Source: Candidatus Curtissbacteria bacterium
GTDB lineage: Bacteria > Patescibacteriota > Microgenomatia > Curtissbacterales > GWA2-41-24
Assembly (NCBI GenBank): GCA_016183325.1
Contig: JACPEV010000011.1
Location: forward strand, 36,782-100,781
Direction of reading: 5' to 3'
DNA: 64,000 bases
Shown: positions 1 to 8,410 of the stretch, piece by piece
Numbering within the stretch: the first letter of the stretch is position 1
How the letters are laid out: the number at the start of each line of letters is the position of its first letter
Notes under the pieces: generated by a model
The model's database searches: none
What the model was told of the DNA's origin: nothing
What the model saw: only the letters and a program-made list of their open reading frames with translations
Position numbers and translations under genes: made by a program

Positions 1-1085
1 CAAAAGAGGCGATTATAGTGCCTTCTTTTAGTTGAGGCAAGCTGGCTAGCACCAACTGTTGATTTCTGCCGCCTTGGCCGGAACCTTCTACTTTGAGACT
101 CGTTTCGCCACCTACCAGCAGGATAGTTGATGGCGGTGTTAACTCGAGCAATTTTTTACCGGCAATATTGGCATTGTCTTTGAACCTGTCCGAGTAGACT
201 TGTGCTTGATAGCCCAATTGTTTGGCCTTTTGCTGCATTGCTTCAAGTGCTGTTAGATTGCTGAGAATAAGCAAATTTTCTATTTTTGCAAAATATTTAT
301 CATCTTTGGGACTTTCGACGAAGTCCGAGTCTTTTAGGCCAAGTTGGTCTTTAAGGTTGTATTTTTCAAGAACACTTTGAGCGTCTTGTCTGCTTGTTGG
401 ATCTTTAACTGTGGGGCCTGAGGCAATACTCGCCAGATCATTTCCGGGAACGTCTGAGAATATGAGATTGATGACTGTAGCAGGGTAGATGATTTTTGCT
501 AGTCCCCCACCTTTGACAATATCCAAATGTTTTCTGACGCTGTTTATTTGGTGAATGTCGGCAGCAGAGTGAAGTAGAGCTTTGTTGACTTCTATCATTT
601 GCGCAAGCGAAAGAGTGTACGGTTTTTCCAGCATGACAGAGCCTCCGCCGCAGGTAACAATGATTACCAGGTCGTTTTCTGTGAGGTGTTCGAATTTCTC
701 GATTACATTTTCTGTGAAATCTATATTAGCTTGCGACGGGAGAGGATGAGTTCCGAGTGTGAATTGGCATTTTGCAAATGTTTTGGGAGTTACATCAATA
801 ACGTAGCCTTCATATAAGAAGCTTGCGAGTAAGCTTTCTAAAATAGAGGAGATTTGGGCTGAACCCTTGCCGAAACCAAGAAGAAAGACTCTTTGAAAAT
901 TATCGAGATTAGTAGTGTGCTCTTTGATCTTGAGTTGGTCTTTGTTGCGAGAAACGTTTTTGTGAATGACATTTTGGGGCTGGATTGAATCGAAAGCTGC
1001 TTCTATAAGATCAAGGACTACTTTTCGCTTGGAACTCGTAGCCAGAGTTTGGTAATTTTTAATGTATTCCACACATAAAATTGTA
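1..1085 (-). CDS. Glycerate kinase (MOFRL/GckA family), 5' end inside the window and 3' end running off the window start
   Basis: No stop codon before position 1, so the six-frame track does not list it. My reverse-complement translation gives ...DLVIIVTCGGGSVMLEKPYTLSLAQMIEVNKALLHSAA... and N-terminal LGFGKGSAQI, which resemble GckA/MOFRL motifs. The start is probably a GTG near 1070-1085. Confidence 0.45.
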
Positions 1086-1138
1086 ACACTGAATTTTAAT
1101 TGAAAGATAGTCGGCTTTAAGATAAAATTGCTTTGCAC

Positions 1139-1226
1139 GCCGAGGTGCTGGAACTGGTAGACAGGATCGACTTAAAATCGATTGTCCGTAAAGTCGGACG
1201 TGTGGGTTCGAGTCCCACCCCCGGCA
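1139..1226 (+). tRNA. tRNA-Leu (anticodon TAA), class II with long variable arm
   Basis: GCCGAGG acceptor, D-arm, anticodon stem ATCGA/TCGAT with loop CTTAAAA, long variable hairpin GTCCGTAAAGTCGGAC, T-arm GTGGGTTCGAGTCCCAC. One A·C mismatch in the acceptor stem. Confidence 0.75.
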
Positions 1227-1228
1227 CT

Positions 1229-1305
1229 CGGGGAGTAGCTCAGTTGGCTAGAGCGCCGCGTTTGGGACGCGGAGGTCGAAGGTTCAAGTCCTTTCTCCCC
1301 GACTT
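1229..1305 (+). tRNA. tRNA-Pro (anticodon TGG)
   Basis: C1:G72 acceptor typical of bacterial tRNA-Pro. Anticodon stem CCGCG/CGCGG with loop TTTGGGA, T-loop TTCAAGT. Confidence 0.85.
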
Positions 1306-1369
1306 TGATTTTTGAGGCTAAATTAGCGTGATTTTGGGGTTGATGGAGATAGGACTTCGAACAATTAAC

Positions 1370-2131
1370 TTAAACTTTTCTTGCTCTAACTACTAACCGA
1401 GAGGCTCCAAAAGAAGTATATTTGCTGTATTCCTCTGGGTTTGTTCGTTCTCCTTCTTTTGCAACATCTGGTTCGTCAATCATATCGATTGTAAACCCAG
1501 CACTTATTGTTTCATTTATGAAGTCTGCAGTAGTTCGGTGAAAGAAGGGTGTTTCCGACCCCCAAGGTGTCTTCTCATTTCGCCAACCTCGTTTTTGATA
1601 GAGTGATAGATTGTCATTTACAATCCTAATAGGATGAGTTGTAACGTAAAATAGAACTCCATCGCTCTTAAGCCACTTGTGAAAGTTTGCCATCATTCTT
1701 TTAAGTCCTTCTTCATCAAGGTAATGGAATACCATTGCAGCAGTTATCAAGTCGAAGTGATTTGTTGGAAGGTCAGCGTCAACTAGGTCAGCTTGAATTA
1801 GTTTCACTTCTGGAAGTTTTTTTCTTGCTTCATCCAGCATATTTTGGCTAATATCAACGCCAGTTACGTTATCGGGCTGAATCCCATTATTGATTAAATG
1901 TTCAATTATTCTGCCACTTCCGCAGCCAGCGTCTAACACACGAACTTGTGGTCTACATAAGTCTCTAAGGTGTCTATCAAAAGCAGGTTTCTCTATGAAT
2001 TGCCAACTGAATGAGGTGGGAGCAAAGTCAATGTACGATTTAGCTTGTTCGGAATAAACCCTTGCAATGTTTTGACCATTTGGCTGTTCAGGCATAGATT
2101 GTATGTTATTGTAGTCAGAGGCTTTAAGCAA
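1370..2131 (-). CDS. Class I SAM-dependent methyltransferase
   Basis: 253-aa ORF. Motif I VLDAGCGSGR with a downstream acidic motif (VDIS). Confidence 0.8.
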   Translation of the reverse strand: MLKASDYNNIQSMPEQPNGQNIARVYSEQAKSYIDFAPTSFSWQFIEKPAFDRHLRDLCRPQVRVLDAGCGSGRIIEHLINNGIQPDNVTGVDISQNMLDEARKKLPEVKLIQADLVDADLPTNHFDLITAAMVFHYLDEEGLKRMMANFHKWLKSDGVLFYVTTHPIRIVNDNLSLYQKRGWRNEKTPWGSETPFFHRTTADFINETISAGFTIDMIDEPDVAKEGERTNPEEYSKYTSFGASRLVVRARKV

Positions 2132-2248
2132 GTGCGAGCGTTGGCTGAAGTTTTTCTACCTTCTCTGTTAGGAAGTCTAAGTCCTGCCGATTTACAACAT
2201 TTTGTGTCCAAATTGTTCGAAGATCGTCCAGTATTGTCGACTAGAGAA

Positions 2249-2312
2249 GATTACAAAGAATGCTTATTTTGGATTATCTTAACAAGACTACGGGAGGGCC
2301 GTCCCCAATCCG
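2249..2312 (+). repeat. Copy A of a ~58-nt conserved intergenic element (TTACAAAGAATGCTTATTTTGGATTATCTTAACAAGAYTACGGGAGGRSCGTCCCYAAT)
   Basis: Near-identical to 4131-4192, with 3 mismatches over ~58 nt. Lies between two minus-strand genes. Confidence 0.6.
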
Positions 2313-2325
2313 CTATATTTTGATC

Positions 2326-3234
2326 TTAATTAACAGGAGTTACTTCAAGAGGTTTATCAGCCCCAGTGGGGTATTGCAGAATATAGGTATCGATCTTTCC
2401 TTTTGAGGTACTCTTTTTGATCGAATCTTCTTTTAAGGTGTTAACAAGCCGAGTCATTAAACTATATTCACCTTCTCCATTACCAATTACCTTCAGTTCC
2501 CAACTCCCAATCATATCTGTTATTGCAAATGATTCTAATTGATCAGGGAGTCGTCCTTCATAGTAAACATCTTCAATTCCATTTAACCTCTCCCCAGTTT
2601 TAGGATCATAACCCGCATGAGTACCCTCAGGACTCGTTAAATAAAAATCAGCAGGACCTGTAAGAACCAAAAACACCCTCTTGAGAGATTCTGGTTGTCT
2701 TTGTTGTTCTTCAAAAGGCAGGTTGGTATTACCATAAACAGCAGTCTCACTGTTACTTATTAACCAAATTCCCGAGGTATTTTTTTCCAGTGTCACCACT
2801 GTAGGTAAAGTTTGTCCACTGACGACTAAATCCACATTAACAAATGCTTTATTACCACCAAAATCAGTTTTAGTTTCAGTAATCTTATAGCTAAACTCTT
2901 GATTATATAAAGAGGGAGAATTAGTATCGTTTTCAAAAGTTGATTTGAATGCAGCTTTATTAACATTTTCAGATAAATAGCTCTTAGCCTTACTCTTATT
3001 CTTATCTTTAACTGCTTGAAAGAAGGCTGTTATAATATTTTCAGGTTTACTTTCTGGGGTTTTGTTAGTTCCTTTTGATTCTTTCAACAGTTTCTCAGAA
3101 TTTGTAGCTTCTTGCGATTTATTTTGAACTTGTCCTTTTAGATAAAAAGCTCCCAAAGGAATACTCACCAACAACACAACAAATACTGAAATAATTAGAA
3201 TTGAAGAAAATCCTTGTTGGTTAACAATCTTCAC
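2326..3234 (-). CDS. Hypothetical membrane-anchored protein (N-terminal TM helix, Ser/Thr/Asn-rich exported body)
   Basis: 302-aa ORF. N-terminal hydrophobic helix ILIISVFVVLLVSIPLGAF. No domain recognised. Confidence 0.5.
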   Translation of the reverse strand: MKIVNQQGFSSILIISVFVVLLVSIPLGAFYLKGQVQNKSQEATNSEKLLKESKGTNKTPESKPENIITAFFQAVKDKNKSKAKSYLSENVNKAAFKSTFENDTNSPSLYNQEFSYKITETKTDFGGNKAFVNVDLVVSGQTLPTVVTLEKNTSGIWLISNSETAVYGNTNLPFEEQQRQPESLKRVFLVLTGPADFYLTSPEGTHAGYDPKTGERLNGIEDVYYEGRLPDQLESFAITDMIGSWELKVIGNGEGEYSLMTRLVNTLKEDSIKKSTSKGKIDTYILQYPTGADKPLEVTPVN

Positions 3235-3304
3235 AATTTAATTGTCAGTCTTTATTAGTGAAGTTGTCAATAATAGATTCGTAACTATGATGCCAAGGCC
3301 TTTT

Positions 3305-3481
3305 TTACTTAAAGAAAGGAAATACTGATTTAATCCAAGAAACTAGTTGATTAAGCCGAGCCTCTAAAAAGTTTTGTCTTTGTTTTGACTGCTCCAATTG
3401 ATTTTGTAAATTTTCTACTTTTTGGTTTAACTCCTCAATATTTGAATTATCAGGAGACAGGAGTTCTTTGTAGTAAAACAT
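3305..3481 (-). CDS. Small coiled-coil ORF (58 aa), hypothetical
   Basis: ATG to TAA, MFYYKELLSPDNSNIEELNQKVENLQNQLEQSKQRQNFLEARLNQLVSWIKSVFPFFK. Below the 60-aa threshold of the ORF track. Confidence 0.25.
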   Translation of the reverse strand: MFYYKELLSPDNSNIEELNQKVENLQNQLEQSKQRQNFLEARLNQLVSWIKSVFPFFK

Positions 3482-3511
3482 TATACTGATTTATTTGAGA
3501 TTTTTTTGAAG

Positions 3512-3899
3512 TTATTTTATTTTCGCTTCGCGAAAACCTAGGATTATCAATCCTAGGATGAAGCGAAGAGAAAACATACTTCCGAGAAAGTTTCGAGTTA
3601 GAACCGGAGCCGAATGATATGATTGGTGAAAACCGAGGGCTATTAGCCCTCGGAAGTTTATTTTTTCGAATTCATCTCTAGAGATATTTACATCTCTTAA
3701 AATTTTTCTAAGAAGTCCTATTCTAACATTTTCTCCAGAATGAACTGGTACGCTAGTTTTTCTGCCATCAGCATGTTCTAACCTAACATGACTGCCACTT
3801 TGACGGATCTTCATAGCATCCCTGCAGTTCTGGTACCTCTGCAATATACCATCCATCTTCGTCTTGTTCTATTAACACTTTAAACTGTAGGTCTTTCAT
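3512..3899 (-). pseudogene. hicA: Degenerate hicB–hicA toxin–antitoxin remnant (HicB N-terminal fragment frame-shifted onto a HicA-like C-terminal core)
   Basis: Frame 1 (3899→3783) reads MKDLQFKVLIEQDEDGWYIAEVPELQGCY..., a HicB N-terminal signature, then stops. The overlapping frame (3856→3512) reads ...MKIRQSGSHVRLEHADGRKTSVPVHSGENVRIGLLRKILRDVNISRDEF, a HicA core lacking its usual N-terminal ~15 aa, with a tail that runs through palindromic hairpins. Confidence 0.4.
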
Positions 3900-4130
3900 A
3901 TTAAACGAATTATACCACTAAAATATGTAGTTTGTCGGACTAGTTTCAGCTTTATAAATTAATATTTCATTTCATGATCAAAAGTTGCTGGATTCCAGCG
4001 TTTTAGGATAGAATCTACCGGTGGGAGCAGCGATTCGACTGAGCTCATCGTCGAAGTCTTGCCCTGCGTACTGAGCGAAGCCGGAGTATCGAAGGGTTCA
4101 AGATTTCTCGCTCCTATTCGTCCGGGGAAG

Positions 4131-4192
4131 GTTACAAAGAATGCTTATTTTGGATTATCTTAACAAGATTACGGGAGGAGCGTCCCTAATAG
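4131..4192 (+). repeat. Copy B of the ~58-nt conserved element, immediately 5' of the RBS (AAGGAGG) of the DUF4242 gene
   Basis: Matches 2251-2309 and ends in the GGGAGGAGCGTCCCTAAT motif. Confidence 0.6.
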
Positions 4193-4214
4193 TTAATTAA
4201 GGAGGTGATTACGG

Positions 4215-4463
4215 ATGGCTACGTTTATCGGAATTCATAAGTTTGATGCCGGTATTGGTGACGAGACGATTCGTGGAAAGTGGTCGAAATACAAAGATTC
4301 GTGTGCCAAGTTAAGCTTGAAGCCGGTTAATCTTTATCTCAATGGGGATCAAGGGGCTGCGTTTTGCATAACGGAAGCTTCAAATGGTGAAGAAGTGAGA
4401 AAAGCTCACGAAGATGCTGGTTTAACAGTGGATGAGGTAATTGAAGTTAGGGTGAGCGAGTGA
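4215..4463 (+). CDS. DUF4242-family small protein
   Basis: 82 aa. ...AAFCITEASNGEEVRKAHEDAGLTVDEVIEV matches the DUF4242 pattern (CLVEAP..E.V...H.EAHGL.ADEI.EV). Strong SD 9 nt upstream. Confidence 0.55.
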   Translation: MATFIGIHKFDAGIGDETIRGKWSKYKDSCAKLSLKPVNLYLNGDQGAAFCITEASNGEEVRKAHEDAGLTVDEVIEVRVSE

Positions 4464-4466
4464 CGG

Positions 4467-4940
4467 TTATGTTTTCGGGTAGCAAGTTATCGCGAATTTG
4501 TAGGTTTTTTTGCTTGTTTCCTTATCGAGTGTGAATATTCCCTCCCTTGGTCTTTTGAGAAGTATTTCGCACCGTCCATCTTCGAGCGAATCATTGGTGA
4601 ACAGAAATTCGTCTGGAACAGATGTATATATTTGGGTTGCGACAAACCACCCTTGGGATAGGAAATCTCTGTAATAGGTATAGATTTGTGGCCAGTTGTC
4701 TGTAGTTTGGAATTCGATTATCGAAGGTACTTCTGTGCAGCCATCGAAGTAGACGAAGCAAGGGCGTTTAGTGTTATTGACGTCCCATGACTTGGCATTT
4801 GGGTATTTAAAGATGTTTTCCGATACTTGTTGTGTTAGTGTGTTTGGTTTTTTGGAAAAGTTAGTATAAAGAATATAGCCAAAGAAGGCGGTAAGGCTTA
4901 GGGTTATAATAAGTGGCAGGATAGACCCTTTTCTTATCAC
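4467..4940 (-). CDS. Hypothetical membrane-anchored protein
   Basis: 157 aa with an N-terminal TM helix. No domain recognised. Confidence 0.45.
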   Translation of the reverse strand: MIRKGSILPLIITLSLTAFFGYILYTNFSKKPNTLTQQVSENIFKYPNAKSWDVNNTKRPCFVYFDGCTEVPSIIEFQTTDNWPQIYTYYRDFLSQGWFVATQIYTSVPDEFLFTNDSLEDGRCEILLKRPREGIFTLDKETSKKTYKFAITCYPKT

Positions 4941-4999
4941 AATACCATTTTAGCAGATTATGCGTTAAAATTATTCATAAGTCATGTGGTTGTTTTTTT

Positions 5000-5773
5000 A
5001 TGGCTAAAATTCTTAAGTTCATTCAGGTAAACATTTATAAAGGGAAATATTTGGATGCGCTTGTTGATTTTTTGAAGAGTGAAGATCCGGATTTTGTTTC
5101 GATGCAGGAGGTATCTTCGGGAGTTGTTAACGAGTGTGCTGATAGGAAAATCGATCTTTTTGGTTTTCTTGGAGAAAAACTCAAGATGTACGGTCGGTTT
5201 TCTGATAATGTGGCACTTTCTGATTTTGATGATTCGGGACTCGGTAACGCTGTTTTATCCAAATTGCCCATCATAGACAGTAAGGTTGAAGTCCTTAAAG
5301 ATTTTAGACGTTTGTTGCTTTCCGAACTTAAAGACGATAAATTTTGGCCGGAGATTAAAAGATCGATTGTCGACGTTTCCGTTAAGATAAATGGCGAGAT
5401 TTTGCATGCGATGTCGGTGCATGGAGCTTGGACAGCGCCACCGACGGATACCAACGAAACGGCCCGTCAGGCGAAACTTATTGCTTCTTACCTTAAGTCT
5501 CTTGGCGATGTACCTTTCATTTTAGGTGGTGATTTTAATATGCCGCCGGAGATGAAAGTGATTAAGATTATTTCTGGTGTTGCAAATAACTTGATGCTTG
5601 GCTCACCTTTTAAATACACGACTCATCCTGAGGTGCATAAAATTGTACCAAGGAAGCTTTTGGTTGATTATATTTTTACCTCGCGCCATTTTAAAAAAAT
5701 ATCTCTTGCAGTTCCGGAAGTTTTAGTCTCCGATCATTTGCCGGTGGTTGCTCAGTTGGAGTTTGTGCCTTAA
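5000..5773 (+). CDS. Endonuclease/exonuclease/phosphatase (EEP) family protein
   Basis: N-terminal FVSMQEV and C-terminal LVSDHLPVVAQLEF, both EEP hallmarks. Confidence 0.7.
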   Translation: MAKILKFIQVNIYKGKYLDALVDFLKSEDPDFVSMQEVSSGVVNECADRKIDLFGFLGEKLKMYGRFSDNVALSDFDDSGLGNAVLSKLPIIDSKVEVLKDFRRLLLSELKDDKFWPEIKRSIVDVSVKINGEILHAMSVHGAWTAPPTDTNETARQAKLIASYLKSLGDVPFILGGDFNMPPEMKVIKIISGVANNLMLGSPFKYTTHPEVHKIVPRKLLVDYIFTSRHFKKISLAVPEVLVSDHLPVVAQLEFVP

Positions 5774-5796
5774 TTTTTGGTAAAATATGGTCACTT

Positions 5797-5867
5797 GCGA
5801 GTGTAGTTCAATGGCAGAACACCAGTTTTCCAAACTGGATACGAGGGTTCGATTCCCTTCACTCGCT
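5797..5867 (+). tRNA. tRNA-Gly (anticodon TCC)
   Basis: Acceptor GCGAGTG/CACTCGC, anticodon stem CCAGT/ACTGG with loop TTTCCAA, T-loop TTCGATT. Confidence 0.85.
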
Positions 5868-5872
5868 CACAT

Positions 5873-5945
5873 GCGCCCATAGCTCAACGGATAGAGCGTT
5901 CGCGTTCTAAGCGAGTGGTTGGGGGTTCGAATCCCTCTGGGCGCG
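5873..5945 (+). tRNA. tRNA-Arg (anticodon TCT)
   Basis: Acceptor GCGCCCA/TGGGCGC, loop GTTCTAA, T-loop TTCGAAT. Its 3' end plus 6 downstream nt (CTGGGCGCGCTAAAT) recurs twice downstream. Confidence 0.8.
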
Positions 5946-5951
5946 CTAAAT
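5937..5951 (+). repeat. Direct repeat copy 1 (CTGGGCGCGCTAAAT), overlapping the tRNA-Arg 3' end
   Basis: Identical 15-mer at 6498-6512; 14/15 match at 7268-7282. Confidence 0.8.
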
Positions 5952-6497
5952 CTTGGTCTCACAGAGACCCGGGGACGGTCCTAAGCTTCCTTGTCCTAAT
6001 AATCTAATTTGAGAATTGTTTTTGGTGCTTCTTTATTCAAACTGTCTTACAACTAAATCTAAGGGACTAATTTTTCAGAGACTCTTACAACTATTTCATT
6101 TTTGGACTATTGTATCAAGCCTTCTGAGGACCGTCCCCTAAATAACCTAAATAACTTTTTCTCTAACCGAAGCAAAAAAAATGAGAGTCCCGAGGGCAAT
6201 AAGAAATCTTTTACGATTGCTTGAATCAGCACAAGGGAAAATGATTTTTGGTAATGTGATCTCATATATTAGAGGATGAAATAGCCGTGTGAGAATACCA
6301 AAAGATTATACGGGCATCCGATTAAAAATTTTCCCTCATCAAGAAATATATTTTGTCCAAAATCCTAATATTTGCATAGAAACTGTTCCTTTTACTAGAG
6401 AAGAAGTGGTCACGTTAGCTAATGGGATTTTGAAAAATCCTGGAGTTTATTGAATGCATAGAGTAAATTATAGAAAACGATGTCCAACTGGAGACAC

Positions 6498-6512
6498 CTG
6501 GGCGCGCTAAAT
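6498..6512 (+). repeat. Direct repeat copy 2 (CTGGGCGCGCTAAAT); it contains the stop codon of the epimerase gene
   Basis: Exact match to 5937-5951. Confidence 0.8.
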
Positions 6513-7238
6513 TGAACCAGCATTGTCAGCTGGTTCGTAACCCAATTCTTTTTGAGCATTGCTAATATCCCAAAATCTGCCATCATTATTAGAAACTCCA
6601 TAATAAATCCCAAACTCAACAGGTGCCTGAAGTGATTTCTGTATAAGTTGTATAAGATCTCGATGGCTAAGCCAAGTTTTTCTCATCCTCTCATCTGCTC
6701 TTGGATCGTCCTCTTTTGTAACTGTCCCTATTCTTAGACAGATAGATTGAACATCATATAATTCGTAATATTGCCGCGCTAATCCTTCGCCAAATAGTTT
6801 ACTATTACCATAATCGCTATCAGGCCTTACTGGATCATTAACAGTGATAACTCTTGGAGTCTTTTGTTTATGGAGAGTTGGAGGCGTACCTTCATAGAGA
6901 CCGGTGACGTGATTCGAGCTGGCGAAGACAATTCTTCTTACCCCAAACAATCTTGCGCACTCATATACATTTTTAGTACCAATTATATTATTTCTTAATA
7001 CGGAGTCCCACGGAGCATCAACCCTCGAATCTGCGCCCAAATGAATTATATATTTTACATCGCCAATTTTTGAAAAGATTTTTTTAAATGATTCAAAATC
7101 GGTTATATCTGCTTTATAAAATCTATCAGTATCATCCCCTACTTGATCGACTGTATATACCTTATATAAATTATTCAGGGGTTCTTTTAGCACCGTTCCT
7201 ATTGTTCCTTCAGAACCAGTCATAATTAGCTTTTTCAT
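6507..7238 (-). CDS. NAD-dependent epimerase/dehydratase family (SDR-like) protein
   Basis: 243 aa. N-terminal Rossmann motif MTGSEGTIGTVL. Bracketed precisely by repeat copies 2 and 3. Confidence 0.7.
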   Translation of the reverse strand: MKKLIMTGSEGTIGTVLKEPLNNLYKVYTVDQVGDDTDRFYKADITDFESFKKIFSKIGDVKYIIHLGADSRVDAPWDSVLRNNIIGTKNVYECARLFGVRRIVFASSNHVTGLYEGTPPTLHKQKTPRVITVNDPVRPDSDYGNSKLFGEGLARQYYELYDVQSICLRIGTVTKEDDPRADERMRKTWLSHRDLIQLIQKSLQAPVEFGIYYGVSNNDGRFWDISNAQKELGYEPADNAGSI

Positions 7239-7267
7239 CGGTCTAAGTATATACCAACTAACTGTTT

Positions 7268-7282
7268 CTGGGCGCGCTAAAA
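7268..7282 (+). repeat. Direct repeat copy 3 (CTGGGCGCGCTAAAA), 29 bp upstream of the epimerase start
   Basis: 14/15 match to the tRNA-Arg 3' end repeat. Confidence 0.75.
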
Positions 7283-7343
7283 TTCTTAGATTTGATATTG
7301 CAACTAGTTAAAGGTAGTATATGTCCTTATTTTCAGACTTGTC

Positions 7344-8225
7344 ATGAAAAAGGGAAGGTCAGTTGTGAATAAATTGATCAACTATGGTATTTATCTGGCC
7401 GTAGTTGCGATGTTCGCGGCGTATTTAGTTATATCAACAACGAATGACGGGCTCGGTACTGTTGCGGCCGCTCGCGACTCAGCCCCTAGCATTGGATCCG
7501 CCCCTGACCCAAGTCCGAGCTCATCACCGCCTCCTACCCCAGAGCCGGTGTACAAGGGCTATTGCCTGAATGTTCCGGTTTTAATGTATCACCATGTTGA
7601 ACCGATTGAGCAAGCTCGCGCCGCTTGGCATGCGCAATTGACTGTTGATGTTGGCGTTTTTGAGAACCAAATGAAATATTTGATCTCGCGGGGTTACAAA
7701 ACAATTTTTGCCGATGAGCTTGTTGATGCTTTAATCAATAAGCGAAGCTTACCTGCAAAAAGTGTTGTTATCACTATGGATGACGGATATAGTGATATTT
7801 ACACTTATGCATACGAAATCTTGAAGAAGCATGACATTAGGGCAAATTTGATGATATCAACCGGCCTTTTGGAAAATCCTGGATATATGACTTGGAATCA
7901 ATTAAAACAAATGGTTCAGAGTGGTCACGTGACTGCGTATGATCATACCTGGTCGCATAGTTCACTCGTAGGTAAATCAAATGAGAAAGCAATATATGAA
8001 ATTGTGACAGCAAAAGAGCAACTTGAGCAGCAGCTTGCAAAAAACCAGAATATTTTTGCATATCCTTATGGGACATATGACTCGCGAGTAATTAGTTTGC
8101 TTAGGGAAAATGGATTTATAGCCGCTTTTTCGACAGATGGCGGAACTATCCAATGTGATTCTTTTATTATGAGTTTACACAGGGTAAGGGTGGGCAATTT
8201 TCCACTTTCAGCTTACGGAATTTAG
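7344..8225 (+). CDS. Polysaccharide deacetylase (NodB/CE4 family), membrane-anchored with a Pro/Ser-rich linker
   Basis: VITMDDGYSD, HDIRANLMIS and HTWSHSSL motifs. N-terminal TM helix. Confidence 0.8.
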   Translation: MKKGRSVVNKLINYGIYLAVVAMFAAYLVISTTNDGLGTVAAARDSAPSIGSAPDPSPSSSPPPTPEPVYKGYCLNVPVLMYHHVEPIEQARAAWHAQLTVDVGVFENQMKYLISRGYKTIFADELVDALINKRSLPAKSVVITMDDGYSDIYTYAYEILKKHDIRANLMISTGLLENPGYMTWNQLKQMVQSGHVTAYDHTWSHSSLVGKSNEKAIYEIVTAKEQLEQQLAKNQNIFAYPYGTYDSRVISLLRENGFIAAFSTDGGTIQCDSFIMSLHRVRVGNFPLSAYGI

Positions 8226-8283
8226 GTTCAATTTGTTGTATATCAGCTCTTCGCCTGATATATCAGAGGAGCTCCTCAGCTGC

Positions 8284-8308
8284 TTTGCAGCTGGAGGAGA
8301 TCTGCTGA
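8284..8308 (+). promoter_or_regulatory. Candidate σ70-type promoter (TTGCAG-N18-TATAAT) for tRNA-His, embedded in a complex palindromic region (8240-8300)
   Basis: TATAAT at 8303-8308 lies ~22 nt upstream of the tRNA start. Nested palindromes CAGCTGctttGCAGCTG and GAGGAGCTCCTC lie upstream. Confidence 0.35.
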
Positions 8309-8329
8309 TATAATATTGAATGTTGATTT

Positions 8330-8402
8330 GGAGGTCGTAGCTCAATGGCAGAGCAGCAGCTTGTGGAGCTGCGGGTTGGGGGTTCAATTCCCCTCGGCCT
8401 CC
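8330..8402 (+). tRNA. tRNA-His (anticodon GTG) with encoded G-1
   Basis: An extra 5' G pairs with the discriminator C. Anticodon stem GCAGC/GCTGC with loop TTGTGGA. Confidence 0.85.
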
Positions 8403-8410
8403 CCTATTGA

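Noticed and set aside
599-817. 72-aa plus-strand ORF
   Set aside because: Lies antisense inside the (unlisted, edge-truncated) glycerate kinase gene; no RBS or domain. Treated as spurious.
2045-2323. 92-aa plus-strand ORF spanning the methyltransferase start and the conserved 58-nt element
   Set aside because: Overlaps the 5' end of the minus-strand methyltransferase. Its C-terminal half is simply the translation of the conserved non-coding repeat (copy A); the second copy (B) is not in an ORF.
5952-6497. Integrase or mobile-element gene in the segment between tRNA-Arg repeat copies 1 and 2
   Set aside because: No ORF longer than 66 aa, and none with recombinase-like sequence. Segment retained only as non-coding DNA flanked by att-like repeats.
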